The notes beneath the pieces are model-generated. The model did not search any database and was not told where the DNA came from. It was given only the letters and a program-made list of their open reading frames with translations. DNA of 25,319 nt from a virus. Taxonomy: Duplodnaviria > Caudoviricetes. Positions 6,690 to 14,949 of this stretch are shown piece after piece; position 1 is the stretch's first letter; every line of letters begins with the position of its first letter. The stretch spans positions 1-25,319 of IMG/VR virus record IMGVR_UViG_3300042940_001225; one strand, 5' to 3'. A program made the position numbers and the translations under genes.

Positions 6690-7052
6690 ATGATAGATTG
6701 CGCACATTACGAACACGAAGATGTAGATTTTCAAATAACTCAGGAGATGCGGGAACGTGCAAAGCCTGATATAGAGTTTTTGAAAAATTGCGGATTACCT
6801 CATACAATAGAAGGTGCTTGGGTATTGCAAGATTTATTTGATTACTTAACTTGCATCAAAAATCTATGTGACAAAATGAAATTATCTTTTGATTTATACT
6901 ACAAGGATTGTTACTGGGAAGCACGTGCTTATAATCCCAAGGTTGGTAAGGGAATAACATTTCCCGTTGAAACTGGAATGAATAAAGCCCCTTTATTTAG
7001 CAAAGCAATTAGAGAATTAGCAATCGCAATAAATGAAGCGTGGGTAAAATAA
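6690..7052 (+). CDS. Hypothetical protein
   Basis: GGAG RBS, 120 aa. Confidence 0.7.
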   Translation: MIDCAHYEHEDVDFQITQEMRERAKPDIEFLKNCGLPHTIEGAWVLQDLFDYLTCIKNLCDKMKLSFDLYYKDCYWEARAYNPKVGKGITFPVETGMNKAPLFSKAIRELAIAINEAWVK

Positions 7053-7149
7053 ACAGAATACCACCAGTTTTATGTCATTTTTCTGGTGGTTGCGTGCGAC
7101 GGCGGTGGGTGACTGACCACCGCTGGCGCATTTAACTTTAACAATATGG

Positions 7150-7341
7150 GTGATTATAAGTGTATTTGCGGTTGTTAAATTACGATATATTGATAATATA
7201 AGCGGTTATGAGCATTGGGCGGTTTATGAACCTAAAAAGCATAGAATTGATTGCGTTAGTTATGAAGCCGCTATTGAATTATGCAAACAAATTAATTTAG
7301 AAATTGAGAAAACGTTAGATATTGGGGGATATAAACCATGA
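7150..7341 (+). CDS. Hypothetical protein
   Basis: 63-aa ORF; ATGA overlap with the next gene. Confidence 0.55.
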   Translation: MIISVFAVVKLRYIDNISGYEHWAVYEPKKHRIDCVSYEAAIELCKQINLEIEKTLDIGGYKP

Positions 7342-7895
7342 TTGAAAAAAAAGAAAAAGAAGCCATACGAGTTTGGAAGCAACGAAAAGAAGTTTTTAGA
7401 TTGCGTGCTGAACGTTACACTGTTAGGCAAATATCAGAAAAAACAGGCGTATCCACTGGAAGTATTGACGGCTATTTTGCCAATCGTAAAAATATAACAA
7501 AATCATTTGCAGAAGTTGAATTGTTCCAAAGTGACCTTAATAATCAAAACTTAGGCGTTGGGTTGCAGCGTTTAGAAAACATTCAAAACAATCAATTAAA
7601 ATCTATTGTCTTTGATTATGTTAAAGGCGTATCTGTTAAGGATATTATTGCAAAACATAATATCACTAAAATAACCAGTGAATATGTATTAGCAATAATG
7701 GTTGATGACGAAATAAGCACGGCTCGTAAAAGAGTTGTGGCTAAAGTGCATTATGACCGTGCTAGTCCTGATATTAAGGTTAATACGTCAACCCAAAAAG
7801 AAAAATATCGTGCTGCAAAAGTTGATAAATGGGATTTTGGCAATGAACAATTTATAGCAAATGATGGTGCTATTCCTGAATTAAGGCGGTGGTAA
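7338..7895 (+). CDS. Helix-turn-helix DNA-binding protein
   Basis: RKEVFRLRAERYTVRQISEKTGVSTGSI HTH, with a second HTH-like segment GVSVKDIIAKHNI. Confidence 0.7.
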   Translation: MIEKKEKEAIRVWKQRKEVFRLRAERYTVRQISEKTGVSTGSIDGYFANRKNITKSFAEVELFQSDLNNQNLGVGLQRLENIQNNQLKSIVFDYVKGVSVKDIIAKHNITKITSEYVLAIMVDDEISTARKRVVAKVHYDRASPDIKVNTSTQKEKYRAAKVDKWDFGNEQFIANDGAIPELRRW

Positions 7896-7933
7896 CTATG
7901 GTTGCGCTGCTAATATGTGTGCGGAGAGGTGAT

Positions 7934-8236
7934 TTATATTAGCGTTTTTTGTGTCATGCGCTCTATTGTTGCTGGTTGCTCTGACTTAGTGTGCGTCCAC
8001 CATGTTTTATTTCTATTGGCTGCGCACATAAAGCGATAAGCGGCATTTCCAGCGTGACGAGTGATTAAACTGCTATGCTCCCGCCAATTTACCTGTTCAA
8101 TAAATTTTAATGAATGATACATTTCCATTGCAGCATTATGTTCATATTTTAATCTTTGCTCCAATTCTGCTATTTTATTTTGCAAATCATGTGGCATTAC
8201 GCAATCGCCGATTGTGACTTTTTTCTTATGTGTCAT
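7934..8236 (-). CDS. Hypothetical protein
   Basis: 100-aa ORF ending the leftward operon. Confidence 0.6.
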   Translation of the reverse strand: MTHKKKVTIGDCVMPHDLQNKIAELEQRLKYEHNAAMEMYHSLKFIEQVNWREHSSLITRHAGNAAYRFMCAANRNKTWWTHTKSEQPATIERMTQKTLI

Positions 8237-8237
8237 A

Positions 8238-8387
8238 TTACACCCGCGTCAACAAATAACCAGCTATAAAATAGCAGGATAATTCAAGTAAATAAGCCCA
8301 GTTACCATGATAAATATGATTACCAATTATCATTATTGGCAACAAAAGAAGTAGCGACAAAATTATTTTAATTAATATTTTAATCAT
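8238..8387 (-). CDS. Small two-TM membrane protein (49 aa)
   Basis: Manual translation MIKILIKIILSLLLLLPIMIIG...FIAGYLLTRV; ATGA overlap. Confidence 0.55.
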   Translation of the reverse strand: MIKILIKIILSLLLLLPIMIIGNHIYHGNWAYLLELSCYFIAGYLLTRV

Positions 8388-8545
8388 TCGCTTCTAAACC
8401 TTTCAACCCTATCTTTTCCGCACGTTTGGCATAAAAACACAATACGGGTATGTAGTGGATTATTTAATATCCTACTGCCACATTGTTTTTTATCTGCTAC
8501 AATCCAGTTGCAGTTTTTATCGCATTTTTCGTTTTTGTTTGTCAT
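8384..8545 (-). CDS. Small Cys-rich protein (53 aa)
   Basis: Manual translation MTNKNEKCDKNCNW...FLCQTCGKD; ATGA overlaps at both ends. Confidence 0.55.
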   Translation of the reverse strand: MTNKNEKCDKNCNWIVADKKQCGSRILNNPLHTRIVFLCQTCGKDRVERFRSE

Positions 8546-9231
8546 TCGCTCGCCTTATCTATCACGTTATATCTAAAAGCAACTTCGCTGCCGTCCATAG
8601 CGTTTAATTCATCATAAGTGAATAAGCAAGGGTCTGACTTGCCATAAGGATTAAGCTCAAGCAATCCTTTACCATAAACAATATCCATCACTATATCCTG
8701 CATTGGTAAATGTGGTAAATATTGGCTTGCGAATGAAATAATGTTATCTTTATTTGGCGTAAAATCCTTAAAGCCAATATTATAAAAATATTGCGATATA
8801 GCAATTAATTTACCGCCCCGAACATAGCAACGCCATTCATTTTGCGGTGGAATATAAACCCATGGCAAGATATGTAATTGTAATTGTGTGCCATTTTGCA
8901 TTGCTTTGTCTAAATCATCAAATATACGCATAGAACAACCGCCTAACATATCTTGTATATCTTCAATACGCTTCATTGGATATATTTCACCAAGCGAATT
9001 TGAAAAATAATCTTTTGGGGAGCGAGTTGATAATTTTGCAAAAAACCAACCAGAATAAAATCCTGTTAATTTTTGTCGTATTTGATTACAAATATCTTCA
9101 GGTAACTCAATTCCATCACCTTTAATCCATGGTTCAATTTCAAGTGGTATGCTTAAAATTGGCTTTGCAACCAACGCATTATATAGTTCTTTTGGCATAT
9201 TTTCTATTGCACATTTCATTACATCTTTCAT
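8542..9231 (-). CDS. Cdc123/D123-like (R2K clade) ATP-grasp protein
   Basis: FAKLSTRSPKD, EWRCYVRGGKLIAISQY, VMDI, LLELNPYG..SDPCLFTYDEL match the Cdc123-family motif series. Confidence 0.82.
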   Translation of the reverse strand: MKDVMKCAIENMPKELYNALVAKPILSIPLEIEPWIKGDGIELPEDICNQIRQKLTGFYSGWFFAKLSTRSPKDYFSNSLGEIYPMKRIEDIQDMLGGCSMRIFDDLDKAMQNGTQLQLHILPWVYIPPQNEWRCYVRGGKLIAISQYFYNIGFKDFTPNKDNIISFASQYLPHLPMQDIVMDIVYGKGLLELNPYGKSDPCLFTYDELNAMDGSEVAFRYNVIDKASE

Positions 9232-9569
9232 GTTTTTTCCTTTAATATTATATCTAAATCATTAAAATTATTAGGCGTGAGTAAAATATAAACCCCGCCC
9301 GCATTAATCCAATCTTGCGCAAACGCTTTTTGTTCTGGTGATTGCCTGCCTAATTTACCAGCTTTATTATACCCTTTAACCTCAATCGCATAAGCAACAC
9401 CATTATGCAAAGCCAATATATCGCTACTGCCTTTCAAGCCAAATGATATATAACCCCCGCTTGCAGTTCTGGTGCTTCCAGTGTTGTTACGCCATGCAAA
9501 AACGCCATGCAGTTTTAACCACTGCATAGCTGCTTTTTGCAATGACGCTTCGGTGATGTTATTCACCAT
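9228..9569 (-). CDS. VRR-NUC (PD-(D/E)xK) nuclease
   Basis: TEASLQKA..QWL, WRNNTG, GSSDIL, AIEVK, GRQSPEQKAF, GGVY. Confidence 0.9.
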   Translation of the reverse strand: MVNNITEASLQKAAMQWLKLHGVFAWRNNTGSTRTASGGYISFGLKGSSDILALHNGVAYAIEVKGYNKAGKLGRQSPEQKAFAQDWINAGGVYILLTPNNFNDLDIILKEKT

Positions 9570-10258
9570 CAAATACCCTCCTCTGTTTCAAGCATATCTT
9601 GAGTTTCTTGGCATCGTGCGCTGTTCTTTTTGCGCTTTTCATTATAGTTCTCACCATTGACACGATAAGGCATAAGCACAATTTTTGTTTTTACGCCTTC
9701 TTCATCAACTGGTTCAACTGTAACGTTTCCGCCTTCTGAAAACGTCCATTTCATTGGTTGCTTATTGGATTTCAAAACCTTTGCTGCTGCTAAAAATTGC
9801 TTGTCATTCATACCAACCACAATATCATCATCACTAGCCTTTGGAATAGCACGGCGATAATCAGGATAAGTTCCATCAAGGCATCTGCCTTCAACTTTAT
9901 GACCGAAACAATCTAGCGCAAATGTTTCATTGTCAAAAATAAAATTAAGTCCGTCAAGTTCATCAATACTTTCTTGGATTGCTTTAATGCAAACATCAAC
10001 AATATTGGTTGGTATAATGGCGTTTTGTGAAACTTTTGCGCCAAGCGATTGAATTGGCTTTAACGTGCTGGTGCATAATTTATGACCATCTGTTGCGGTT
10101 AAAATCAATTCGTCCGCATTTTTATCATATTCAACATATACGCCGCAAAGATAATATCGGGTTTCTTCTGTGCTTACAAAAAGGCGTAAGTTTTTCAAAG
10201 CGAATAGCATTTGCTGCTTATCCATGGTTAATGTTATTTTTGATTGTTCTTCTTCCAT
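9569..10258 (-). CDS. DNA polymerase III beta-clamp-like protein, truncated (lacks domain I)
   Basis: VSTEETRYYLCGV, ATDGHKL, LDGTYPDYRRAIP, VLMPYR. Confidence 0.85.
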   Translation of the reverse strand: MEEEQSKITLTMDKQQMLFALKNLRLFVSTEETRYYLCGVYVEYDKNADELILTATDGHKLCTSTLKPIQSLGAKVSQNAIIPTNIVDVCIKAIQESIDELDGLNFIFDNETFALDCFGHKVEGRCLDGTYPDYRRAIPKASDDDIVVGMNDKQFLAAAKVLKSNKQPMKWTFSEGGNVTVEPVDEEGVKTKIVLMPYRVNGENYNEKRKKNSARCQETQDMLETEEGI

Positions 10259-10314
10259 ATTCTTTACTCCTCTGTTGCAGGCAGGGCTTTCGCCCCGCCG
10301 TTGGTTAAATTATT

Positions 10315-10542
10315 TCAAAATGGGATTTCTACTGATAACCTTTGTATTTGCTTTTCATTTATTTGCAATAATGTTTCTTTGCAAAATTGCCTTGTTGCCA
10401 CTTCCAAGGCTGCTTCAAGCGCATTTTTCATGCGTTGCTCATTAACGCTTAAATAAATATTTTCTTTCTCAAAAGCTCCATATTCATAAGCATTTCTTGC
10501 AACTCGCAAAATCTCAGGGGTTATCAAAAAAGAAAAATCCAT
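10315..10542 (-). CDS. Hypothetical protein ending in VEIPF
   Basis: AGGAG RBS, 75 aa. Confidence 0.7.
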   Translation of the reverse strand: MDFSFLITPEILRVARNAYEYGAFEKENIYLSVNEQRMKNALEAALEVATRQFCKETLLQINEKQIQRLSVEIPF

Positions 10543-10748
10543 TATATATCTCCTTTATTCAATTCATTTTCATTCACTTCATCAATACGCCATATCATAC
10601 CAGTTTCACGCTCCCGAATGATATAACCGCCTTCCTCGTTTTTAGTTTCGGCATACCATTCCGCATCTTTTTTAATAACAAAAGATGCAATAAATGGCAT
10701 TATGTCCTGCCCTTGCTTGTTTTTGTATGTGCGATACAAACTGAACAT
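10542..10748 (-). CDS. Hypothetical protein (start MFSLY)
   Basis: ATG 2 nt after the ssb stop; TAATG overlap with the next gene. Confidence 0.65.
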   Translation of the reverse strand: MFSLYRTYKNKQGQDIMPFIASFVIKKDAEWYAETKNEEGGYIIRERETGMIWRIDEVNENELNKGDI

Positions 10749-10750
10749 GA

Positions 10751-11254
10751 TTAAGCCATTCCTGCCAATGATGCAAAACTCATAATTAATGGCAATATCC
10801 AAGCAAATGGAATGTCATCATCAAGCTGTGGCGATTGATGCGCTGGGTCGGCTTTTTTATTTGCGTAACCGCTTGCTTTTTCTTGTGTGTTTGTTTTATT
10901 GCCATCATCTCCCTTGCCATCAAGCATGGTTATATTACCGCCAAAACTTTGAAGCACAACTTCCGTAATGTATTTTTCCCCCCCGTCTTTATCAGTCCAT
11001 TTGCGGGTTTTACTTGCCCCCTCAATATATAAGTGACTTCCTTTCTTAATATATTGCTTAATGACTTTAACAAGTCCTTCATTATAAACAACTATTTTGT
11101 GCCAATCAGTAATCGTTTTGCGCTCTCCCGAACTTTTATCTTTCCAACTTTCACTGGTTGCAAGAGAAAAATTAGCTATTTCACGCCCATCTTGCGTTGC
11201 TTTAATATCTGGGTCATTACCAACACGCCCAATTAAAATAATTTTATTAACCAT
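10751..11254 (-). CDS. ssb: Single-stranded DNA-binding protein
   Basis: VNKIILIGRVGNDP, FSLATSESWKDK, TDWHKIVVY, TRKWTDKDG, DDDIPF. Confidence 0.96.
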   Translation of the reverse strand: MVNKIILIGRVGNDPDIKATQDGREIANFSLATSESWKDKSSGERKTITDWHKIVVYNEGLVKVIKQYIKKGSHLYIEGASKTRKWTDKDGGEKYITEVVLQSFGGNITMLDGKGDDGNKTNTQEKASGYANKKADPAHQSPQLDDDIPFAWILPLIMSFASLAGMA

Positions 11255-11867
11255 TTAATCCCCCTGTTTTTAATTCGTTTTCTTTAGCTTGCAATCTAGC
11301 ATCAACTTCAACCAATAATTCTGATTGAGCATCTTTCAAAAGTTTGTAATGCGGCGAGTTCATAACCATAATAACATGATTAGGCTCTGCAATTTTATTT
11401 ATGGATTTAATGCAAACATCATGCGCTTTTTGTTCCGCATCAGAAACTGGGGCTTTAACATTGGCTTTGTCTTTATCATACAAAGCCAACCCTAAAGGAT
11501 AACCAAAAGTCATTAAAGCACGTTTTCCCGCATCGCTTTCCGCTTCTTTTGCGGCCCCTTCATGCGCATCTGCTTCCATCTTAGCAATTCCACTACCAAA
11601 CCCAACGCCTTCACGAATAACACCATCAACAGTAACTTTAACTTTTGAAATATATCCAATAATATGATTGCCGTTTTGATTTTTTTCTTTTGAAACACAC
11701 TCAAGCAAAATCGTTTCTCTACTCCAGCCTAAATTGCCAAATATTCTATTGGCTTCCGCAATAACAAACCAACTCTCCAAATAAGACAAATCAGCACCGC
11801 CTTTACTCCTGCTTTTTATATTTGCAGCATCAAGCGATTTCATTAATTCTTTTTCTGCATCTTTCAT
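11247..11867 (-). CDS. Rad52/Rad22-like (Sak) ssDNA-annealing recombinase
   Basis: LSYLESWFVIAEANRIFG..GWS, REGVGFG, AHEGAAKEAESDAGKRALMTFG..LGLALYDK. Confidence 0.93.
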   Translation of the reverse strand: MKDAEKELMKSLDAANIKSRSKGGADLSYLESWFVIAEANRIFGNLGWSRETILLECVSKEKNQNGNHIIGYISKVKVTVDGVIREGVGFGSGIAKMEADAHEGAAKEAESDAGKRALMTFGYPLGLALYDKDKANVKAPVSDAEQKAHDVCIKSINKIAEPNHVIMVMNSPHYKLLKDAQSELLVEVDARLQAKENELKTGGLNG

Positions 11868-12025
11868 AATTTTTCAATCCTTTCTAAAATGTTATTTAAC
11901 GCATTTCTTGCCACAATCACATCACGAGTTTGCGAGGCGTTAAATTGAGTTTCTGGCACACGTTGCAAAGCAAGAGCATCTTTCCAAAGCTGCGTTATTG
12001 TCGCTTCAAGTATTTCATTATTCAT
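11864..12025 (-). CDS. Small hypothetical protein (53 aa)
   Basis: Manual translation MNNEILEATITQLW...; GGGAG RBS; ATGA overlap. Confidence 0.6.
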   Translation of the reverse strand: MNNEILEATITQLWKDALALQRVPETQFNASQTRDVIVARNALNNILERIEKL

Positions 12026-12051
12026 AATTTTTACGCTCCCTTTATTTTTGC

Positions 12052-12090
12052 TTGCGATATTTTTATATCATGTTAAACTACAGTAGTCAA
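12052..12090. promoter_or_regulatory. Overlapping divergent promoters
   Basis: Plus strand: TTGCGA (12052), 16 nt, TG.TAAACT (12074-12079). Minus strand: TTGACT (12090-12085), 17 nt, TG.TATAAA (12067-12062). Confidence 0.65.
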
Positions 12091-12112
12091 CAACAAAATG
12101 AGGTAAATTACA

Positions 12113-12277
12113 ATGAAGGAACGCTCAGTAACAACTTATGTAGATGAAAAACTACATCAACAAATTGCAGAAAACGCAGCAAGGCAAGGGCATACTATAA
12201 GCTCTTATATGAGAATGCTTCTAATGCAAACGTGCGCAAACAATCCATTACTGCAACTTGAAAATAAAGATGGGTGA
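12113..12277 (+). CDS. Arc/CopG-like ribbon-helix-helix regulator (54 aa, not in the ORF track)
   Basis: GAGGT RBS; RSVTTYVDEKLHQQIAENAARQGHTISSYMRMLL. Confidence 0.75.
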   Translation: MKERSVTTYVDEKLHQQIAENAARQGHTISSYMRMLLMQTCANNPLLQLENKDG

Positions 12278-12279
12278 TT

Positions 12280-12420
12280 ATGGATAACAACGAGAAATTA
12301 CCCGCAACATGGCAACCGTTACATGAGGCTGGAAGACGTGCGCTTGATATAATTATCAAACAAATGGAAGCGCAAAAATCACAACAAACAGAAAAACAAA
12401 GAGAGAGGATTTATGGTTAA
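12280..12420 (+). CDS. Small hypothetical protein (46 aa)
   Basis: Manual translation MDNNEKLPATWQPLHEAGRRALD... Confidence 0.55.
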   Translation: MDNNEKLPATWQPLHEAGRRALDIIIKQMEAQKSQQTEKQRERIYG

Positions 12421-12652
12421 GAAAGCATACGCATTACATTATGAGGGCGATAAAGAACCTGTTGGGGTTGGTATTTATACTTTTTATATGATTGGAGAAA
12501 TTTATCTTATGACCGCTAATGCTTCTCAATCAAGCCAATGTAGAATGAATTTGTTACAAGCCATCACTTTACGCAATAACTTAAATAATGCAATAAATGA
12601 AGGGCTAAAAGAAATTAATTGCCTAAATGACAACCAAATGACAACCAAATGA
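12413..12652 (+). CDS. Hypothetical protein
   Basis: GAGGA RBS, 79 aa. Confidence 0.65.
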   Translation: MVKKAYALHYEGDKEPVGVGIYTFYMIGEIYLMTANASQSSQCRMNLLQAITLRNNLNNAINEGLKEINCLNDNQMTTK

Positions 12653-12668
12653 CAACCAGCGAGCAACC
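12625..12668. repeat. Tandem 11-bp repeats (AAATGACAACC x3 plus one degenerate copy) abutting the rep start codon
   Basis: aaatgacaacc aaatgacaacc aaatgacaacc agcgagcaacc ATG. Confidence 0.92.
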
Positions 12669-13523
12669 ATGAAATATTTACATATTAATGACTGGGAAAT
12701 ATGGCAGTCATTTAGAAAAGACAGAGGAAGTCCCCCGTGGATTAAGGTTCACCGCAATCTAATGAGTAATCATAAGTGGTCTGCATTGTCAGATGCACAA
12801 AAAGGGCAGCTAGTATCAATTTGGATAGCAGCAGCAGAAAATGATGGTAAAATACCCTATAATAGCAAAATAATTCAAAAAATATGTCAACTGGACAGCG
12901 AGCCTAACCTATTGTTTTTTATAGAATTAGGTTTTTTAATTGATAATAATAAGACAGATGATTATCAGGTTGGCGTCAAGTTGGCGTCAGATGGTTGTCA
13001 CAATGACGCTCCAGAGGAGAGGAGAGGAGAGGATATAATATCAGAAGATATTAATATTTCCCCGAAAATTAAGAAAAACAATTACACAGATGATTTTGAA
13101 AAGTTTTGGCTTGCTTATCCTGATTATCGCAGAACTGAAAAACCAAAAGCATTTAGCGAATGGAAGTTGGCAATAAAAAAAACCGAACCTGAATTAATTA
13201 TTAAAGCAGTTATTGGTTATGGTAAAACCAAACAAGTTACAGATGGATTTGCGCCTTATCCTGCTAAATGGTTGAAAAATGAAAGGTGGAATGAAGATAT
13301 TAACTTGCAAACTTACCAACCATCACCACCGAAGCGCAAAGTTGCAGAGAATGAAATAATTGCATCATTGGCAAGAAGGCGTGAACTACATGGAGAAGGC
13401 ACTTTGAACTTTCTTGAAAAAAAGCAACTTAGTGACTGGGAAGCAATCCATGGTAAAGCCGAATGGGAAAGAATTAACGGAATAAATTATTTGAAAGGAC
13501 ATGAAAATAATGAGCATAGCTGA
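12669..13523 (+). CDS. Phage replication initiator protein (lambda O-like organisation)
   Basis: N-terminal WQSFRKDR..PPWIKVHR, internal iteron and purine tract, FEKFWLAYP...K.KAFSEW...YPAKWLKNERWNED; directly upstream of DnaB. Confidence 0.85.
   Translation: MKYLHINDWEIWQSFRKDRGSPPWIKVHRNLMSNHKWSALSDAQKGQLVSIWIAAAENDGKIPYNSKIIQKICQLDSEPNLLFFIELGFLIDNNKTDDYQVGVKLASDGCHNDAPEERRGEDIISEDINISPKIKKNNYTDDFEKFWLAYPDYRRTEKPKAFSEWKLAIKKTEPELIIKAVIGYGKTKQVTDGFAPYPAKWLKNERWNEDINLQTYQPSPPKRKVAENEIIASLARRRELHGEGTLNFLEKKQLSDWEAIHGKAEWERINGINYLKGHENNEHS
12967..13032. other. Probable replication origin inside the initiator gene
   Basis: 11-bp-period repeats ending GTCA (12978, 12989, 13000), inverted TGACGC (13004), then (AGAGG)x4 at 13013-13032 and AT-rich DNA. 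Confidence 0.7.
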
Positions 13524-14949
13524 TTTTAACGAAAACGAAATAAATGGAATATTTCAAAGCTCACACATTAAGCAAGCCCCGCATAGTCTTGAAATTGAGC
13601 AAATATTGCTTGGCGCGATATTTTGCAACAATAACGCCTTGAATAAGATTGATGAACGATTGCGCCCTGAGCATTTCTATGAACCATTGCACCAAAAAAT
13701 ATTTAGAGCCGTGTTGCATTTTCATGACCGAGGCAATAACGCTAACCATGTCACACTGCAACCATATTTCAGACAAAATGGCGTGAATGTTGAAAACGAA
13801 TATATGACAAAGCTAGCCATAGCAGCCGTCACAGTGATTAACGTTAAGGAATATTCAAGCGCATTAGTTGATTTGCACGCTAAGCGTGAGTTAATCGCAA
13901 TCGCTGAAAATCTGATAAATGAAATCCATAGCGCAAAAATTGATGTGGATAGCAACCAGTTACTAGAACGCACCGAGCAAAAATTATTCAACCTTGCCGA
14001 AACTGGTTCAACCACAAAAACCTTAACGCCGTTCAAAACCATAAGCAAAGCAACGTTAGAAATGGTAGAGCGTGCGCATAAGCATAAAGGCGAAGTCGTT
14101 GGAGTATCAACCAGCTTGCAATCGCTAGATGTTTTGCTTGGTGGATTGCAGAACTCAGATTTAATCATATTGGCTGGTCGTCCATCTATGGGTAAAACTG
14201 CACTTGCAACCACAATCGCCTATAAAGCTGCAAAAAACTTCCAGCGTGAAGCTGGCGAAACAAAACCGCAATCAGTAGCTTTTTTTTCGCTTGAAATGTC
14301 ATCTGAGCAATTATCAACTAGGATTTATGCAGCCGAAAGCGATTTGAACTCTTCCAGCATAATGCGTGGCAATTTGAGCGATAGCCAATTTGATAATTTG
14401 ATGGCAACCAGCAAGCAAGTGGAGGATATGGCTTTGTTAATTGATGATACGGCTGCATTGAGCATATCATCATTGCGCACCAAAGCTAGAAGGTTTAAGC
14501 GCACAAACAACATAGGTTTGATTGTAATTGATTATTTGCAGCTTCTCACCACCAGTGGCAACAAAAACTTCAACCGAGTGCAAGAAGTATCTGAAATCAC
14601 ACAAGCGTTAAAAGCACTTGCTAAAGAGCTAAATGTTCCAGTGATTGCATTATCGCAACTTTCAAGAGCGGTGGAAGCACGAGAAGACAAGCGTCCGCAA
14701 TTATCAGACTTGCGTGAAAGCGGAAGCATTGAGCAAGATGCTGACGTGGTAATGTTTGTTTATCGTGAAGAATATTATTTGGAGCGCATCAAGCCTGACC
14801 GACAAAGTCCAAAATTTGCAGCGTGGGAGGAGGAATACGATAAAGTTGTTGGTAAAGCTGAGATTATTATAGCCAAACAACGCCATGGCGCAATCGGAAC
14901 TGTAAATATGGCGTTTGAGGGCGATAAAGCGAGGTTTAGGGATATGTGA
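13510..14949 (+). CDS. dnaB: Replicative DNA helicase
   Basis: APHSLEIEQ..LGA, AGRPSMGKT, FSLEMS, IDYLQL, LSQLSR, DLRESGSIEQDAD, KQRHG; the start at 13510 fits the AAAGGA spacing. Confidence 0.97.
   Translation: MSIADFNENEINGIFQSSHIKQAPHSLEIEQILLGAIFCNNNALNKIDERLRPEHFYEPLHQKIFRAVLHFHDRGNNANHVTLQPYFRQNGVNVENEYMTKLAIAAVTVINVKEYSSALVDLHAKRELIAIAENLINEIHSAKIDVDSNQLLERTEQKLFNLAETGSTTKTLTPFKTISKATLEMVERAHKHKGEVVGVSTSLQSLDVLLGGLQNSDLIILAGRPSMGKTALATTIAYKAAKNFQREAGETKPQSVAFFSLEMSSEQLSTRIYAAESDLNSSSIMRGNLSDSQFDNLMATSKQVEDMALLIDDTAALSISSLRTKARRFKRTNNIGLIVIDYLQLLTTSGNKNFNRVQEVSEITQALKALAKELNVPVIALSQLSRAVEAREDKRPQLSDLRESGSIEQDADVVMFVYREEYYLERIKPDRQSPKFAAWEEEYDKVVGKAEIIIAKQRHGAIGTVNMAFEGDKARFRDM

Noticed and set aside
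12625-12668. Tandem repeats as a mini-CRISPR or contingency locus
   Set aside because: No spacers; better explained by the match to iterons inside the initiator gene
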